Assembly (NCBI RefSeq): GCF_009914755.1
Contig: NC_060940.1
DNA from: the human T2T-CHM13v2.0 reference genome, Homo sapiens
Reading direction: 5' to 3' (one strand)
Length of the DNA: 64,000 nucleotides
Every line of letters starts with the position of its first letter. Position 1 is the first letter of the stretch. The notes beneath the pieces were generated by a model that made no database searches, was not told where the DNA came from, and saw only the letters and a program-made list of their open reading frames with translations. Of this stretch, positions 1-12,422 are shown piece by piece. The position numbers were made by a program, and so were the translations under genes.

Positions 1-334
1 CACGCAGCTCACCTTGAATTTGGCCACAGATTTTCCTCTTTCAAATTGTTCTCAACTTTTCTGCTGTGGCCACCTCATATTCTCTCCATCTCAGCCATGT
101 CATGTCTTTCTCACTGTACTGGATTTTTTTGAAAGCCTAGACTCCTGAAACCAGGAAGAGTCATACGTTTACTTTTACACAGCCTTCTTAGTGATGATTA
201 TCTGTAGATGTTTAGTTACTGATGTTGCTTCCTCACACTTCTATAACTTCTATCTGTCTTTCTCTGAGAAATTTCCCCACACCCTTTAGTATCTGGCTGT
301 CAATGTAAACACATTCATGGGGCTTTGGTGCCTG

Positions 335-480
335 ATGGATAGGCCTGGATTTGAGTTCCTTCCCCTACCCCTCCCTTCATTTACTGTGTTCCACTAGGTA
401 AGCTTAGACAACCTCTTTAACCTTCTGAAGAAGTTTTTTCATCTCTCAAAGGGGTATATAGTAACACTTTACAAATGTAT
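335..480 (+). mobile_element. MIR SINE fragment
   Basis: cctggatttgagttcct...ttactgtgt...ttttcatctctcaaaggggtatatagtaacac resembles the MIR core. Confidence 0.6.
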
Positions 481-1142
481 TTAATTAATCAGTTCAAATG
501 CATCCAGAAAGGTCTATGTACTCTCCCCAGCCAGAGTACACAGAGTTCTCTCCTCCCAAGAAGGAATCTCTCCATTTCTTGTCTTCCTAAAGACTCAATT
601 AGATGTGCACCTGATTGTCCTCACTGCATTGAAGCCTACTTGAAGTAGCGTTCAATCCATCATATTCATATGCGTTCATTATAGTCGAGTGCCAACCAAT
701 GTCTAGCAGAATGCCTTGCACACTGGAATCTTCTTAAAGGCATGTAGCATGTGTGTTCTGTTTATTGTGTCAGTATTTCATCATAGTGCTTGATAAAAAC
801 TAGAAATGCAAGAAATACGTGTTAGATGTAGAATAGGCACACAAGTAATACATTAATATGTTTTGCAAGAAATGATGCATAAATCAATGGTGGCCAGTTG
901 TGGGTTCTTGAAAGTTCTTGTTCACCATTGTATGCCTGGTGTTCAATATATACATGCGAAATAAATGATTCATGAGTGAATTAATCAATGAATCAATTGA
1001 TAAATCCAGTGGCCTAGTGTCTCCTATTGCTCCATGGAAGGCAACTTGCAGACTAAAAGAATTGCTGGTGGAGTTTGAGTAGCATTATACCATTAGAACC
1101 AATGGAACAGGTGCCGCACAAAAACAGGCGAGTTTTCACTAA

Positions 1143-1349
1143 ACTGGCGATTTCCAACCAGGGCAATTTTGCCCACTAGGAGATATTTAGCAATATCTGG
1201 AGGCATTTTTGGTTGTCACCACTGGTAGGCTGCTATGTGCAGGTAGAGTCCACGGTTGCTGCTATACGTCCTACAATATACAGGACAGCTCCCACAACAA
1301 ATAATTATTGAGCCCCCGATATCAATAGTGCAGAGGTTGAAAAACTCCG
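1143..1349 (+). mobile_element. MER20 hAT-Charlie MITE
   Basis: ccaaccagggcaattttgcccactaggagatatttagcaatatctggaggcattttttggttgtcac...atcaatagtgcagaggttgaaaaact follows the MER20 consensus end to end. Confidence 0.85.
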
Positions 1350-1439
1350 CTTTACATGATCGGCTATGAAGAGGGGTTTTTTTCGTAACGACACATTAAA
1401 ATTGGGTCAAAATGACTATAATGGCCTGCCTCATTCACA

Positions 1440-1620
1440 GAATCATAAAACATCATGGTTCCAAGGAACAATGGAGACCATGAGATCCAAACTCCTTATT
1501 TCACAATGAGGACCCTACAAGTCCAGACCGGAAAGTGAATGCTCAAAGTTGCACAAAGTCACACAGCTGGTAAATGGCTGAGCTAAGATAAGAACCCAGG
1601 CTCCCAGTTCCCAGGCTATT
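1440..1620 (-). mobile_element. MIR SINE fragment
   Basis: ccttatttcacaatgagga...ttgcacaaagtcacacagctggtaaatggctgagctaagataagaacccagg is the reverse MIR core. Confidence 0.7.
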
Positions 1621-1739
1621 CACAAGGTCTTGTCCCACTCTTTTCCCAAGTGCTAGCAATTGAGCCACCCTTTAACTCTCACCTGCAGGTTCAGCCCCAG
1701 CACAGGTATTGCAGCCAGTGTTATCCCTGGGTTCGAGCA

Positions 1740-2245
1740 TCCTTTCCCAACTTCCATCATTCACATCCAATATCAATGACTTTTGCCATATCCATAAACC
1801 ACCCATAGTATTATTTACATAAAAATTTTATTTAAATTAATGTTGACTTTTTTCTTTAATTAAAAGTTTAATAAGCAAATACTTTACCAGTACTGTAAGT
1901 AAAAGTTGGTGTCATGGCCATAATTTAAAAAGAACTAAAAATGGGCCCAATATAAACAAAAATGCTGTTCAGTGCTACTTTGTTAATGTTGCCTCTTTAA
2001 GTTTCTGAGCCTGAGCCATCCTTCTCTTGGTTAAAAGGGAGATTCCCAAATGTAGGAGGTCTTAAAAGAAATAGTGGCACCAAACTGAGGCTTTCTCCTC
2101 AATGTAATATGAGGCACAGGCAAAGAAATTAGAAGGGAATAAATTTTTCACCCTGTGCTTCAATATTATTTATTATCATGCCTATGCAACACTTAAAAAT
2201 CATCTTGCATCCCCTCAGCTGCATACTTATTTGGTGGAAACATTG
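1740..2245 (+). mobile_element. hAT-Charlie MITE (MER113-like)
   Basis: tttcccaacttccatcattcac...ttttgccatatcc...ggaaacattg termini; a second diverged copy lies at about 18105-18540. Confidence 0.6.
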
Positions 2246-2926
2246 AATTCGAGGTATAAGAGTGACCAAAATCACATCTGCCCCCTTTGATATAAGTTCC
2301 TTCTTTTATCTCCAAGACTGAAAGAATGTGGGGCTCCTGGGTTATTCTTTGCTTATATGCCACTTTGCTTCCATGCCACATGCAATCAACGAGGAAAACT
2401 AAACGAGGAATCACTCACTACATTGCAAACTTTCACAGGATACATTTCAGGTGGTAGACAGTATGGTAGGAGAATTATAAGATCTGCAAGGGCCCTCATC
2501 CTTGTAAAATCCCTCCCCCTTAAAGTATGGGTTGAACCTGTGAATATAACTGTATCACATCTGTGACTGTTAAATTTTATGGCAAAAGGGAGATTATCCT
2601 GGGGGCCTCACCTAACCATGTGAGTGCTTTAAAATCAAATTTTCTTCAGCAGGTTGCAGAAAAGAAAGTCACAGAGATGCACTCCAGCTCTCTGGGAATA
2701 AAGCAAACATCCATGCTGTGAACTGCTTATGGGAGCCACGTGGCAAGGAACTATGGGCAGACTCTAGGAGCTGAAGGCAGTTCCTGGCCAACAACTAGCA
2801 GGAGCATAGGAACCTTAGTCCTACAAATGCAAGGAATGAATTCAGCCAACTAGCGAATTTGGAAGAGGACTCTGAGCCCAGACTTCTGACCCACAGAAAC
2901 TATGAGATAATAACTTTGTGTTGTTT

Positions 2927-4040
2927 TATTATTTTTTTACCTTTTATTTTTATTTTTTAGATTTACCCTTTACCTATTTCTGATATATTATATTTGTACA
3001 TATGTATGGGGTACATGTGAAATTTTGTTACATGCAAAGAATGTGTAATTCTATTTGGGGTATTTGAGGTATCTATCACTCAAACATTTATCATTTCGAT
3101 GTGTTAGGTACATTCAAGTCTCCTCTTCTAGCTATTTTGAAAAATGCAATACATTGTTGTTAACTATACTCACCCTACAATGCTACCAAATCTTATAACT
3201 TATTCCCTCTGCCTAATTGTATGTTTGTATTCATTAAACAACCTCTTTCTTAGTCTTGTATCTATCATTTCACTATCTCCACACAATCTCTATCTCCACA
3301 CAATCTCTATCTCCACACAATCAATGTTTTTAGCTGCCATATGTGAGTGAAAACATGAAATATTCATCTTTCTGTGCCTGGCTTATTTCACTTAACATAA
3401 TATCTCCCCATTCCATCCAAGTTCCTTCAAATGATGGGTTGCATTCATTTTTGTGGCTGCATAGTATTCCATTGTATACCTCTACCATATTTTCTTTATC
3501 CATTCATCTGTTGATGGATGCTTAGGTTGATTCAATATTTTTGTTATTGTGAATAGTGCTGCAATAAACATGGAAGTGCATGTATCCCTTTGATAGATTG
3601 ATTTTTTTTTCCTTTGGATACATACCTAGTAGTGAGCTTGCTGGATTGTGCAATAGTTCTATTTTTACTTTCTTGAGAAATCTCCATACTGTTTTCCATA
3701 AAGGTTATACTAATTTACATTCTCATTAACCATGTGGAATTTCCTTTTCTCCACCTCCTTACTAACATCTGTTATTTTTTGTCTTTTTAGTAATAGCCGT
3801 TCTAACTGGGGTAAGATGATATCTCATTGTGGTTTTGATTTGCATTTCCCTGATGATTAGTGATGTTGAGCATTTTTTTCATATATCTGTTGGCCATTTT
3901 TATGTCTTTTGAGAAATATCTACTCATGTCCTTTGCCCATTTTTAATGAAATTTTTTTTTCTGTTGTTTGGGTTCCTTGTATATTCTAGATATGTGTCTC
4001 CTGTTAGATGAGTAGTTTGCAAATGTTTTCTCTCATTCTC
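2927..4040 (-). mobile_element. L1MA 3' end, 5'-truncated
   Basis: T-rich tail followed by tgtacatatgtatggggtacatgtga...; flanked by the duplicated tgttgtttt target site inside the MLT1. Confidence 0.9.
3273..3322. repeat. 17-bp tandem triplication (ctatctccacacaatct)x3 inside L1
   Basis: read directly from the sequence. Confidence 0.9.
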
Positions 4041-4419
4041 TGTTGTTTTAAACTGATAAAATTGTGAGAATTTCTTATGGTGCAAGAAAAAACTAATATA
4101 AAGTGATGCAGATATGGGAATATGGCAGGCTCACTGACATCAAGGAAATTATATGCAAGTCCTGGGGGGAGATGAGATACATATAAGGTAATTTTAATAC
4201 TAGTCAGGGTACATAAGCTTATGTGTGAGAAAGACAAGCTAAATGGAGAAAAAAATATGGCTGAAGAAAATCAGAAAAGGCTTCATGGAGGAGGTGACAT
4301 TTGTGCCTTAAAATTCTAACAGAATTTCAGAAAGTGGAGAGGTGGACCCAGTGCAAGCATCTTCAGAATTGATCAAATTCCTGCTCAGCCTTGGACACAG
4401 AGTCGTTCAGTGTACAGTC

Positions 4420-4550
4420 ACTGGGATCAGTTTGTCTAGATTCAGTCCTGGCTCTACCACTTACCAACAGCTGCATGATTTGAGCAAGAGAATAAAGCAC
4501 TCTGATCCTCAGTTTCTGCTGAGAAAGAGGGTCATAAAACCAGTGCCCAC
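4420..4550 (+). mobile_element. MIR SINE fragment
   Basis: ttcagtcctggctctaccacttacc...ttgagcaag...cctcagtttc. Confidence 0.75.
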
Positions 4551-4854
4551 TTTTGGCAGACAAAATCACATAGTCAGAAAATGGCAGAATTTTCTTTCCT
4601 TGCTTGTGCTAACTCCACACAGGTAATCACGCATGTGAATTCAAAGCTTCTGAGACTGAACACCTTCCTTGATGCTTCCTCCAACATTTGTAGGTCCCAG
4701 GGCAGGATGACAAGTAGAGGCACACATAGCCTGTTTCTGGATGTCTGCAAGTTATAAATGTAGCTAAAAGCTGTTAAATAAAGTACACTCTATTCCTATT
4801 CTCCTACTTTGCCAAAATGTAATAACAACATATAAAAAAAATTTAAAAAGATAT

Positions 4855-5080
4855 TGTTTCCTGCTGCCTTGCCGCAACATGGGATAACCCTGAAGGACCA
4901 TCTCAGCTCCAGAGCTCCCCATAAGATTGACAGAGGCACCAGTTGTAGCCATATTGGAGATCAGTTTCCCCCTTTGCCTGACGCTGCCTTCCCTACTTCC
5001 TTACAAGAGTGTTGCCTAGGAACACGCCCCTACCAGCCTTCCACATACAAATCTGTTCCCAGGAGACCAAGTACAAGGCA
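4855..5080 (+). mobile_element. LTR16-like (ERVL) LTR 3' part
   Basis: ggataaccctgaaggaccatctcagctccagagctcccc...ttcccaggagaccaagtacaaggca. Confidence 0.65.
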
Positions 5081-5162
5081 ACCACTTTCTCACGCCTGAT
5101 TAATTGAGCACATAAGGTCTTCACCAATGAAATGTCTCCCTGCAGGTAGTCCTTCTGCATCT

Positions 5163-5482
5163 TTATCTTTTGTTTTTTGATTTTTCGAGACAGGGTCACT
5201 CTCGCCCAGGCTGGAGTGCAGTGGTGCAATCGTAGCTCACTGTAGCCTTGACCTCCCAGGCTCAAGCACCCTCCCACCTCGGCCTCCCGAGTAGCTGGGA
5301 TTATAGGCACACACCACCACGCTCGACTTAATTTTTTCTTTTTTCTTTTCTTTTTTTATTTTGGAGAGATGCAGTCTCCCTATCTTGCCCTGGCTGGTCT
5401 CAAACTCCTAGACTCAAGGGATCCTTCTGCCTCGACCCCCCAAAATGCTACAATTACAGACATGAGCCACTGCACTCGGCCC
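5163..5482 (-). mobile_element. AluJ
   Basis: dimeric Alu with J-type gagacagggtc...agccttgacctcccaggctcaagc. Confidence 0.92.
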
Positions 5483-5966
5483 CTTTGGGCCTTTAGCTCT
5501 TGGACCCCTCACCATCCCACATGCTGGTCTACACCTGACTCATGGCTAAGGAGGAAAATATTGTTGCTGTTACCTCTTTATTAAAGCAAAGCAGTGCATC
5601 CTCTTTTGGCAGTTTGCCATATGAACACCCCCCTTGAGAGGACCAGCTCTGTGTGCCGATCACTTTTGGCATTTAAAAAATCATTTAATTATGTGCAAAG
5701 AGAGGGTCCATGTGTCATTTGTTGGCCAGGTTTGTTGGGGACTTTATTATCATACATGTCAGTGTAGTTTCTTATTTCTCAGCAGATTGGACAAGTTTCA
5801 AGGTTAATACAAATGTTCCAACAAATTGTTATTTTGAAAGTGATTGAAGGAAATGTCCCACTCCAAGCATATGTTTGATCTTTTGGGGGAGGAAAAAGAA
5901 GAAAATGCTTGTAGGTGCCTCAAACAGTTTGAATTCTTTTGACAGCTCTAAATTGTTTGGCAAGTG

Positions 5967-6274
5967 TTGAGTTGCTCCAAGCTCCATAGAGACCAGCATT
6001 TCCTTCTGAAGTCTCCTCTTGGATCATCACTTTAAGTAATGATGTTAATCATCATAAAGTCATAAGACATTGTATTTTTGAGTCAGGCCCAGTGCTCTGT
6101 GCTCCATGTGAGTGACTTCATAGTGTGTCCACAGCAACCCTGAGAAGTCATAACTCTTTTCACCTCCATTGTGTAGAGGAGGGAACTGAGGTTTAGAGAA
6201 ATTAAATAACTTGCTCAAGGTCGAAGTGTTTAAGTGGTGGAACCCAGGTGAAAAACTAGGTCTGCTTCCTCCAA
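5967..6274 (-). repeat. Left arm of a ~309-bp inverted repeat (contains a minus-strand MIR)
   Basis: reverse complement aligns to 7158-7466 with about 23 differences by manual count; ORFs 6060..6290(-) and 7146..7373(+) give near-identical peptides. Confidence 0.95.
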
Positions 6275-6324
6275 AGTATTGAAATACCATTTGTCTTCAG
6301 CCATAGCTAAAGGATACCACAGAT

Positions 6325-6767
6325 GCTGTCAGAGAATCACCTGCCCCTAGCTGTTTGGTGGCTGACTTCCAACTGCCAGTGTTTGCCTCTCTGAAGAGCT
6401 TTTCTGGGTCTGCAGATGGCTGTATTGTCCCTGCAGAGCAGACCAGAAGTGCTAGGGATTAAACCCGGGAAGAAGACCTCAACCAATGAGTCTTGAGAGT
6501 TGACATATAAACATCCCAGCTTCCTGGCCCCTTGAGTGGGATAATTCTGAGTCCTGTGTTGTACACTGTTTATCAATATTTCCTTCTAGGGCTAGACTCT
6601 AGCCACCCACTCTGCTAGCTTACAAATAATGCACGTTTTATTGGCTGCCTTGTCTTCCTTGTACCACTTCTCCACTATCCCACTAGTGTCCTCTGCACCT
6701 CCCAAATGAACCACTTGCACTTAAATCTTTGCTCAAAGTCACTTCTGGGGTAATCTAAACTGAAACA
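6325..6767 (+). mobile_element. LTR33-like (ERVL) solo LTR in the inverted-repeat spacer
   Basis: ends cctcccaaatgaaccacttgcacttaaatctttgctcaaagtcacttctggggtaatctaaactgaaaca. Confidence 0.7.
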
Positions 6768-7157
6768 CGGTCTCCCTAAAACTCTCCCTGGGATTAATAT
6801 CTTAATTAATATCTGTGCCCAGTGAGGACTGGGGAAGGATGTTTGTTGGAATGATCCCTTTTGCTCCCTAATTATAACAATGACTTCTGGTAATTCTAGT
6901 CCCAGTTACTTTGGTCCCAACATTAGTTACCCAAGGATTCCCAACCACCTTCATGTGTTGGCAGAAAATGCTATTGCAGGTAAAATCTTCCCCAAGGGAA
7001 AGTTGTTCCATGAGAACTTTTATGCCTGGAAGTTACAGACTTAGCACTTCCTGATACACTAAAGGGTACAATCAGAGAATTCAAACCAATGCCTATAGGT
7101 ATGATTTCACCCCCATCCATTCAAGGTAGTGTGTTACAGTAACCTATGGCAGTCAAG

Positions 7158-7466
7158 TTGGAGAGGAGCAGACCTGGGTTTTCACCTGGGTTCCACCACT
7201 TAAGCACTTTGACCTTGAGCAAGTTATTTAATTTCTGTAAACCTCAGTTCCCTCCTCTGCACAATGGAGGTGAAAAGAGCTCTGACTTCTCAGGGTTGCT
7301 GTGGACACACAATAAGATCATTCACATGGAGCACAGAGCACTGGGCCTGACTCAAAAATACAATGTCTTATGACTTTATGATGATTAACATCCTTACTTA
7401 AAGTGACGACCCAAGCGGAGACTTCGGAAGGAAATGCTGGTCTCTATGGTGTTTGGAGCAACTCAA
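7158..7466 (+). repeat. Right arm of the ~309-bp inverted repeat (contains a plus-strand MIR)
   Basis: see left arm; 71-bp perfectly matching core at 7322-7392. Confidence 0.95.
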
Positions 7467-7700
7467 ATCTGCTCTTAGACTCCTTAGGTTTGAGTCCTGG
7501 CTCCAGCACTTACAAGCTGTTTGATGTTGGACTGAGTTCTAACCCCTTATTGACTTCATTTCCTTAGTAAAATAATGATAATAGCAATGTTTACCTCATG
7601 AGGTGGTTGTAAGTGCAATTTAATTCATATGAAGTATTTAGACAGTGCCTGGCACATAGTAAGTACTAAATAAGTATTACCTATTACTATTATACTAGTA
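7445..7700 (+). mobile_element. MIR SINE, near full length
   Basis: ggtttgagtcctggctccagcacttac...tacctcatgaggtggttgt...agtgcctggcacatagtaagtactaaataa. Confidence 0.85.
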
Positions 7701-8489
7701 TTATTACTAATATAGTATTATTATTAACATATTGAAGAAGAGACAGTGGGATAAGCACCCAAAAAATGTAAGGTGTTATTTATCAAAGTTTGCCTAACTC
7801 TTCTCCTACAGGACTCATTTTGCCATTTACAGAACCACAGTGCAAATCAGTAATTTGCACAGAGTCATCAAGATGCATGAGTTTGCAGGTAGGTTAGAGT
7901 CTGTTCCTGTTGTACCTTGGTCCTTGTACACACCTGTCCAGGTGGCCCACCCCAGTAGAATCCCAGCTCTGCTGGAAAAATAAACTAAGGGAGGTACTTC
8001 CCTAGAGTGATATTTTGATTCTTCAGATGAAGACCCAGTGCTGTCTCACAAGCAAGACTCACCGTGGGCAGACTTCCTCCACTTATCCAACCTTTATTGC
8101 ATACCTTTTCTGCTTTCTGGAGATGACTCACCCCAGGACCCCACGAACATAGTGCTCCGTCCAGTCTACCTTCTGTGCAGTTGCATCTGCCTTTTCCTGT
8201 CTTTCCTGAAAACTCAATTCAGCAGATCCCTTAGATTTTTTTCTTTCTACACAAGATCATTTATTCAACCTAACCCACTCCTTCATGATGACTTAACCCC
8301 TTATTAGCCTTCTCCTTCCTGATTCATCATTCATACACATTAGGCAATTCATCATAGTTTGTCTTCTAAAAAGGAAAATGCACAAGGTTTGTTGTTAAAA
8401 GGTCTAGGTACAGATCTCTTTTACCTTAGCAAAAGCACATAACCTCCCTGAGTCTCAGTTTCCATGTCTATTACCAACCATTCATTCAG

Positions 8490-8971
8490 AGGTTCTGGGA
8501 AACAATAGCCCCAGGAACTGCTTGCAGCCAACAAGAGAATGAAGCCAGTGGATAAAAACCCCGGCTCCCTTGCCTCTTGGTAGGACAATTCTGAGTTATG
8601 TTCCAGAGTAGGATTCAGCCAACTTTTTCTTAAAGGGCCAGAAATAAATATTTTAGACTTTGCAGGCTATATGGTTTCTGTCACAACTGTATACTCCTGG
8701 CAATATATGAACAAGTGGAAGTGCCTGTGTTCCAATACAACTTTATTTCCAAACAGGCAGGTAGCCCCTGCCCCCTGTTCTAGAGCAGCTCAGAGGGTGC
8801 CCAGGGGGAATGGACCCAGCTGCCCACACCCGTAACACACATCAACACACTACTTATTGTCTTTCCTTCCTTCCTTCACAGACTTTTTCTACCACTCCCT
8901 CTCTACATTTGCTGGGGTGCCTCACAAATCTTGATCTTGGTTCTGCTTTCTGAGAAACTCAAACTGAAACC
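8490..8971 (+). mobile_element. LTR33-like LTR interrupted by MER58A
   Basis: ggacaattctgagttatgttcc...ttctgctttctgagaaactcaaactgaaac, similar to the 6325-6767 element. Confidence 0.6.
8609..8777 (+). mobile_element. MER58A hAT MITE (internally deleted)
   Basis: aactttttcttaaagggccagaaataaatattttagactttgcaggc...gtgttccaatacaactttattt; 8-bp TSD ttc[c/t]agag at 8601-8608 and 8778-8785. Confidence 0.85.
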
Positions 8972-8999
8972 AAGGGCTATGAAGGAGAGTCATGAAGCC

Positions 9000-9295
9000 A
9001 TAGAATGGGAAACTCATCCAGTCTGATGAGGTCAGAGGAAGTGTTCCAGGCAATGAGAGCAGCATATGCACAACCCTGACTCAGGAGAACTCATGGCTGC
9101 TTTTAGAAACTGAAAGAAGACAAGAGTGGCTGGAGCATGGGAGAAGATGGGAAAAATGGGATCAAGTGGCCAAGAGAGGTAGGGCCAGATCCCAGGGGAC
9201 CATATAGGCTGTACCAAGGCCTCAGGTATAGATCCTGAACCAGTGGGGAACCACCAAAGCATTTAAGCAGCTGGGTAGGGTGACATAATGTATGT
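9000..9295 (-). mobile_element. L2 fragment
   Basis: agtggctggagcatggg...gtagggccagatc...tggggaaccaccaaagcatttaagcag. Confidence 0.75.
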
Positions 9296-10070
9296 GCACT
9301 GGCCAGGCTCAAGAGAGGATACCAGAAGCTTCACGCTCCTGTCGCCTGACCCCAGTCCCCCCTACAAGCCCAGTTCATACTAGTGACCTGTTCTTCTTGC
9401 CCCACTCACCCCTAATCACTTAGAATTCTGGGCAGGAAATCTAAAACATCACCTTAAAGCAGACCCATAAATAGTTAAGTGCCCTCCATCAACAGGAGAG
9501 AGAGGGAAAAAATAATCTATAAAAATACATAATGAAACAACTACAGAACAAACAGAGCTGCAGCACGTGGGCCCTGCCAGGATATTGCTTAGACTTGGAG
9601 AAGGATTTTGTAATAACATCATTTGATTCTTTGGGCTCCCTGCCAATTATTTCAAAACTCCTTTTACCCCTTCCTACTTTGTACCTTTGTCTTGAAGAGC
9701 CGGTGTTATGAAGTTTTCAATGAGGAACTAGGAAAATAGCCCCTTTTCCCATCCTCCAGTCCCCCACTCATTACACAGACAAGACAGAAGACAATGTCAC
9801 CCAGAGTTTTTCATTTGTTTGTATTTCTTCCAAAACCCCCCTTCTTTCAGCCATGTAGACACTTTTGAGCCTAGCATCCTCTTGAGGGGTAATTCTGTAC
9901 TGCTTGGGGGTCCCATTACCCTCCCCTATAAGAATCCGCCCCAATGTTTGGAACTTGAGGGTGGACTGAATACACAGGGACATGGAGAAGCTCTCAGAAG
10001 ACTCTGGGCATGGTCTCTAGGTGGGTGGTGACCTTTTCCTAGGAGAGGTTTCAGGGGTAGCCATTCAGAT

Positions 10071-10498
10071 TGTTAAAAGAAAACTTCAGACAAGTTAAAT
10101 TTGATGAAGCTTAATTGAGAAAAAAATAAAAAGATTCACAAATTGGGAAGCCTCCAGAATCACAGCAGATTCAGAGAGACTCCAATGGTGGCTCATGGTC
10201 AGAATAAATTAATAGACAAAAAAGGTAAAGTGACATACAGGAATCAGAAGTGAGGTACAGAAACAGATTGGTTACAGCTCAGCATTTGCCTTATTTGAAC
10301 GCAGTTTGAACTCTGAACAGTCTATGAGTGGTTGAAGTATGGCTGCTGGGATTGGCCAACACTTAGCTATTGTTACAGATGCATACTACTAAGTTAAGTT
10401 TTCAATTTTGTCTGCCTATTTAGGTTATGGTTCATCCACAAGGACTCAAATATATAAGTAGGGAGTCCTTCTCAGGCCATATTTAGTTCACTTTAACA
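10071..10498 (-). mobile_element. MER57 (ERV1) solo LTR
   Basis: TGTTAAA...TTTAACA termini; ggagtccttctcaggccatatttagttcactttaaca and gattggttacagctcagcatttgccttatttgaac. Confidence 0.85.
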
Positions 10499-10974
10499 GT
10501 GTCCATCTGGGTAGATTCAATGGGTAATAGCAATGAAGCCTTGCTGATGGAGATTTCAGGACAAATGACCGCACTTTTCTGTGATTAAAGCCACTCAGCC
10601 ACAAACCACATGCTTTATAAGCATGCCAGAGGCATTCTTTCACTCTATCCGTCTTCCCTCTTGTGTTGACTGAACATGTGAACATGTGTGTTGATGCACA
10701 AGGGTTAATTAAGTTTCTCCTGGATTTTTCTGAGGAAATGATACTGCTCCTACAAGTAGCATTAGGAATGAAATATTTGTAGACCCCAAAGAAAAGTCAG
10801 CCCCTGTATCTCCACCAGAGGTATCACTTGCGTACTGAAGTTGGATAGGTCTTTCCAATTTTTTTTCTTTTCTTTTTTCTATTACTTTTTTGACAATCAT
10901 GAACTGAATGCATCCCTAGGCCAAGTAGTTAGGGGAATCATAAATCACACAAAGCCAGGAGCACCTTTTTTGGC

Positions 10975-11848
10975 TAATATTTCAGTTAGATTTTGTTTGG
11001 TTACAACTGACAGAAAATCCATCTCATGGCTGCTTAAGCAAAAAGGAAATTATTGGGGAAACCCAACTGAGAAGACTAGTGGTAAGGCTGGCTACAGTAG
11101 CAGCATGGAGATATATATATATATATATATGAGAAATGTGTTATTTATTATCTTTTAAGTCCTTCTGATTTTTTCTGGTGAATAATTGTTTTGTATACAA
11201 GAAAAGGCTACCAAAATTAATCACTTACTAGCAGTGGCTTTGAAATATTTTTTGACCCTCAACAATACATACATTTCATTGTAACTCAGTTATTCTTCTC
11301 CATTCTGCTTCATTTGTTAAATGCTGGTGATGACCTGTTGAATGTATTTCACAAGTATAACTCACCATTTGGAAAACACTAAGATCTTCTGCTCAAACCT
11401 TTCTTCAGAAATATCCAAGCAGTAGGGGAGAGGAAAATGTGTCATGAAGACTCAGTTCCTTTCGCTTCCAACTGAGTCTTGCTGTATTGGCTTCATCCTT
11501 TGTTTCCATATAGGAGCAAGATGGTACCAGTTGTTTCAGACCCTATATCTTCTCTGCTTTAATGTTAGGGTCCCGTAACTCTCCCAAGGTTCCCAGTAAA
11601 AACTTTATCATGTCTCATTGGCTTTGATTGTTTTTTATTGACTTTGATAAAATCATCCCTGAACCAATTGCTATGACCAAAAGAATCTTATTTGTAGACT
11701 GGCCTTGGTGATGTGCTGAATTCATGACCAGGCATGGAGCTGTATCCTGGTACATGGGCTAAAAGTAGAGGAAGGAAGATCAGGGTATGCTTGCAGAAGA
11801 AAGGTTAAAGGAAACAGAACTGCAAAAACAATAGATGTCCTCTGCAGG
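10975..11848 (-). mobile_element. Old MLT1 (J/K-like) LTR, interrupted by (TA)n and a MER112-like MITE (about 11230-11380)
   Basis: tttggttacaactgacagaaaatcc...catccctgaaccaattgctatgacc...aacaatagatgtcctctgca. Confidence 0.6.
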
Positions 11849-12075
11849 TCTAGGCCTAATCACAGGTAAAATTGGCAATTTGCCTATGATTGGCAAGCGG
11901 GGGCAGTGCCCCCAAATGTGGCCCCCTCCTGACTCACCAGTGCCTGAGATAACTTTAGCAAAAGCTTTATTTTCACAATAGAAGATAAACCTTGAGATAC
12001 AAATACCTCTAGGAGAGAGGAGTAAATGGCTGATGCAAACATTTATTTTGATTATGATAGAAAGGAAAAGGTATC

Positions 12076-12422
12076 TGTCTTAGTCCTTTTGGGCTGCTAT
12101 AACAAAATACCATAAACCAGGTGGCCCATAAATAACAGAAATTTATTTCTCACAGCTCCTAAGGATGGAAAGTCCAAGTTCAAGGTGCTGGCAGATTCAG
12201 TGTCTGGAGAAGGCCCATTCCTCACAGAGGCTCATCTTCACTGTAACCTCACATAGTAAAAGGCAAGGGATCTCTTTTGTAAGGACATTAATCCCATTCA
12301 TGAGGGCTTCCCCTTCATGACCTAAACACCTCCAAAAGACCCCACCTCCAAATACCTTTACTTTTGGGCTTAAGATTTCAACATATGAAATTTAGGAGCA
12401 CACAAGTGTTCAAACCATAGCA
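12076..12422 (-). mobile_element. MLT1A-type solo LTR
   Basis: tgtcttagtccttttgggctgctataacaaaatacc...ttcaaaccatagca. Confidence 0.88.

Larger units (their letters stand above)
2450..4100 (+). mobile_element. MLT1 (MaLR) solo LTR split by an L1 insertion (pieces about 2450-2926 and 4041-4100)
   Basis: tatggcaaaagggagattatcctgg...gacttctgacccacagaaactatgagataataa...tgttgtttt, resuming after the L1 as tgttgttttaaactg...aactaatata. Confidence 0.8.

Noticed and set aside
6060-7373. Two near-identical 75-76 aa ORFs suggesting a duplicated small gene
   Set aside because: They are MIR-derived, have different and partly non-ATG starts, and are simply a by-product of the inverted repeat.
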